Below are positions 63,848 to 64,000 of a stretch of DNA of 64,000 bases, in pieces. The notes below the pieces were generated by a model. That model worked only from the letters and a program-made list of their open reading frames with translations, made no database searches and was not told the origin of the DNA. The position numbers and the translations under genes were made by a program. The DNA lies in the IMG/VR virus record IMGVR_UViG_3300021411_000005, positions 11,909-75,908 of that record, one strand, 5' to 3'. Source of the DNA: a virus. Its lineage: Duplodnaviria > Caudoviricetes. The stretch's first letter is position 1, and each line of letters begins with the position of its first letter.

Positions 63848-64000
63848 TCACTTGAAGATGTTCCGGGGACCGGCGTCCATCTTGATCTTCGTCCCCTTCA
63901 GGACGCCTTTCCTGAACGCCGGGCGCCGCTCCGACCCCGGGGAGGAGTAGATGGCGCCCGCGTCGCTGGGCTGCTCCACCTGCGGGACGCCGTCATGGAA
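63848..64000 (-). CDS. C-terminus of a gene truncated by the window edge
   Basis: Open frame of 51 codons ending ...DAGPRNIFK-stop. Confidence 0.45.
   Translation of the reverse strand, partial: FHDGVPQVEQPSDAGAIYSSPGSERRPAFRKGVLKGTKIKMDAGPRNIFK

Overview
A high-GC actinomycete (probably Streptomyces-like) tailed-phage genome that is largely contained in the window; both edges fall inside minus-strand genes. It looks like a phage-plasmid rather than an integrating prophage, because no integrase is visible. Layout: 1-2.4 kb, a Streptomyces-type conjugation module (DUF2637/Spd-like, TraA-like, FtsK-family TraB) overlain by a dense GGGACA/TGTCCC motif array; 3.6-7.8 kb, a glycosylation operon (three GT-A glycosyltransferases, a SAM methyltransferase, an NDP-sugar epimerase/dehydratase); 8-19.5 kb, leftward early genes (HTH, RHH, SSB-like, 890-aa exonuclease, SF2 helicase, MazG-like) plus a rightward RuvC; 19.6-27.4 kb, rightward replication genes, including a ~1400-aa TOPRIM primase + SF3 helicase + family A polymerase fusion with an internal origin-like inverted repeat, followed by a C5 DNA methyltransferase put out of frame by a (GA)9G tract; 27.5-36.5 kb, Rpf-LysM, a C1 peptidase, an RmlB-like dehydratase, terminase, a second methyltransferase and membrane proteins; 36.5-60.5 kb, head, tail and lysin genes, including a 2H-phosphoesterase/MuF/protease-like fusion; 60.6-64 kb, a GT-B glycosyltransferase, WhiB and a TopoVI-A/JetD-like TOPRIM protein. 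The most notable items are the conjugative phage-plasmid architecture with its motif array, the dispersed glycan-building toolkit, the one-polypeptide replisome and the candidate phase-variable methyltransferase. All product calls come from motif recognition by eye, not database searches, and many starts were re-picked from RBS and stop/start overlaps.
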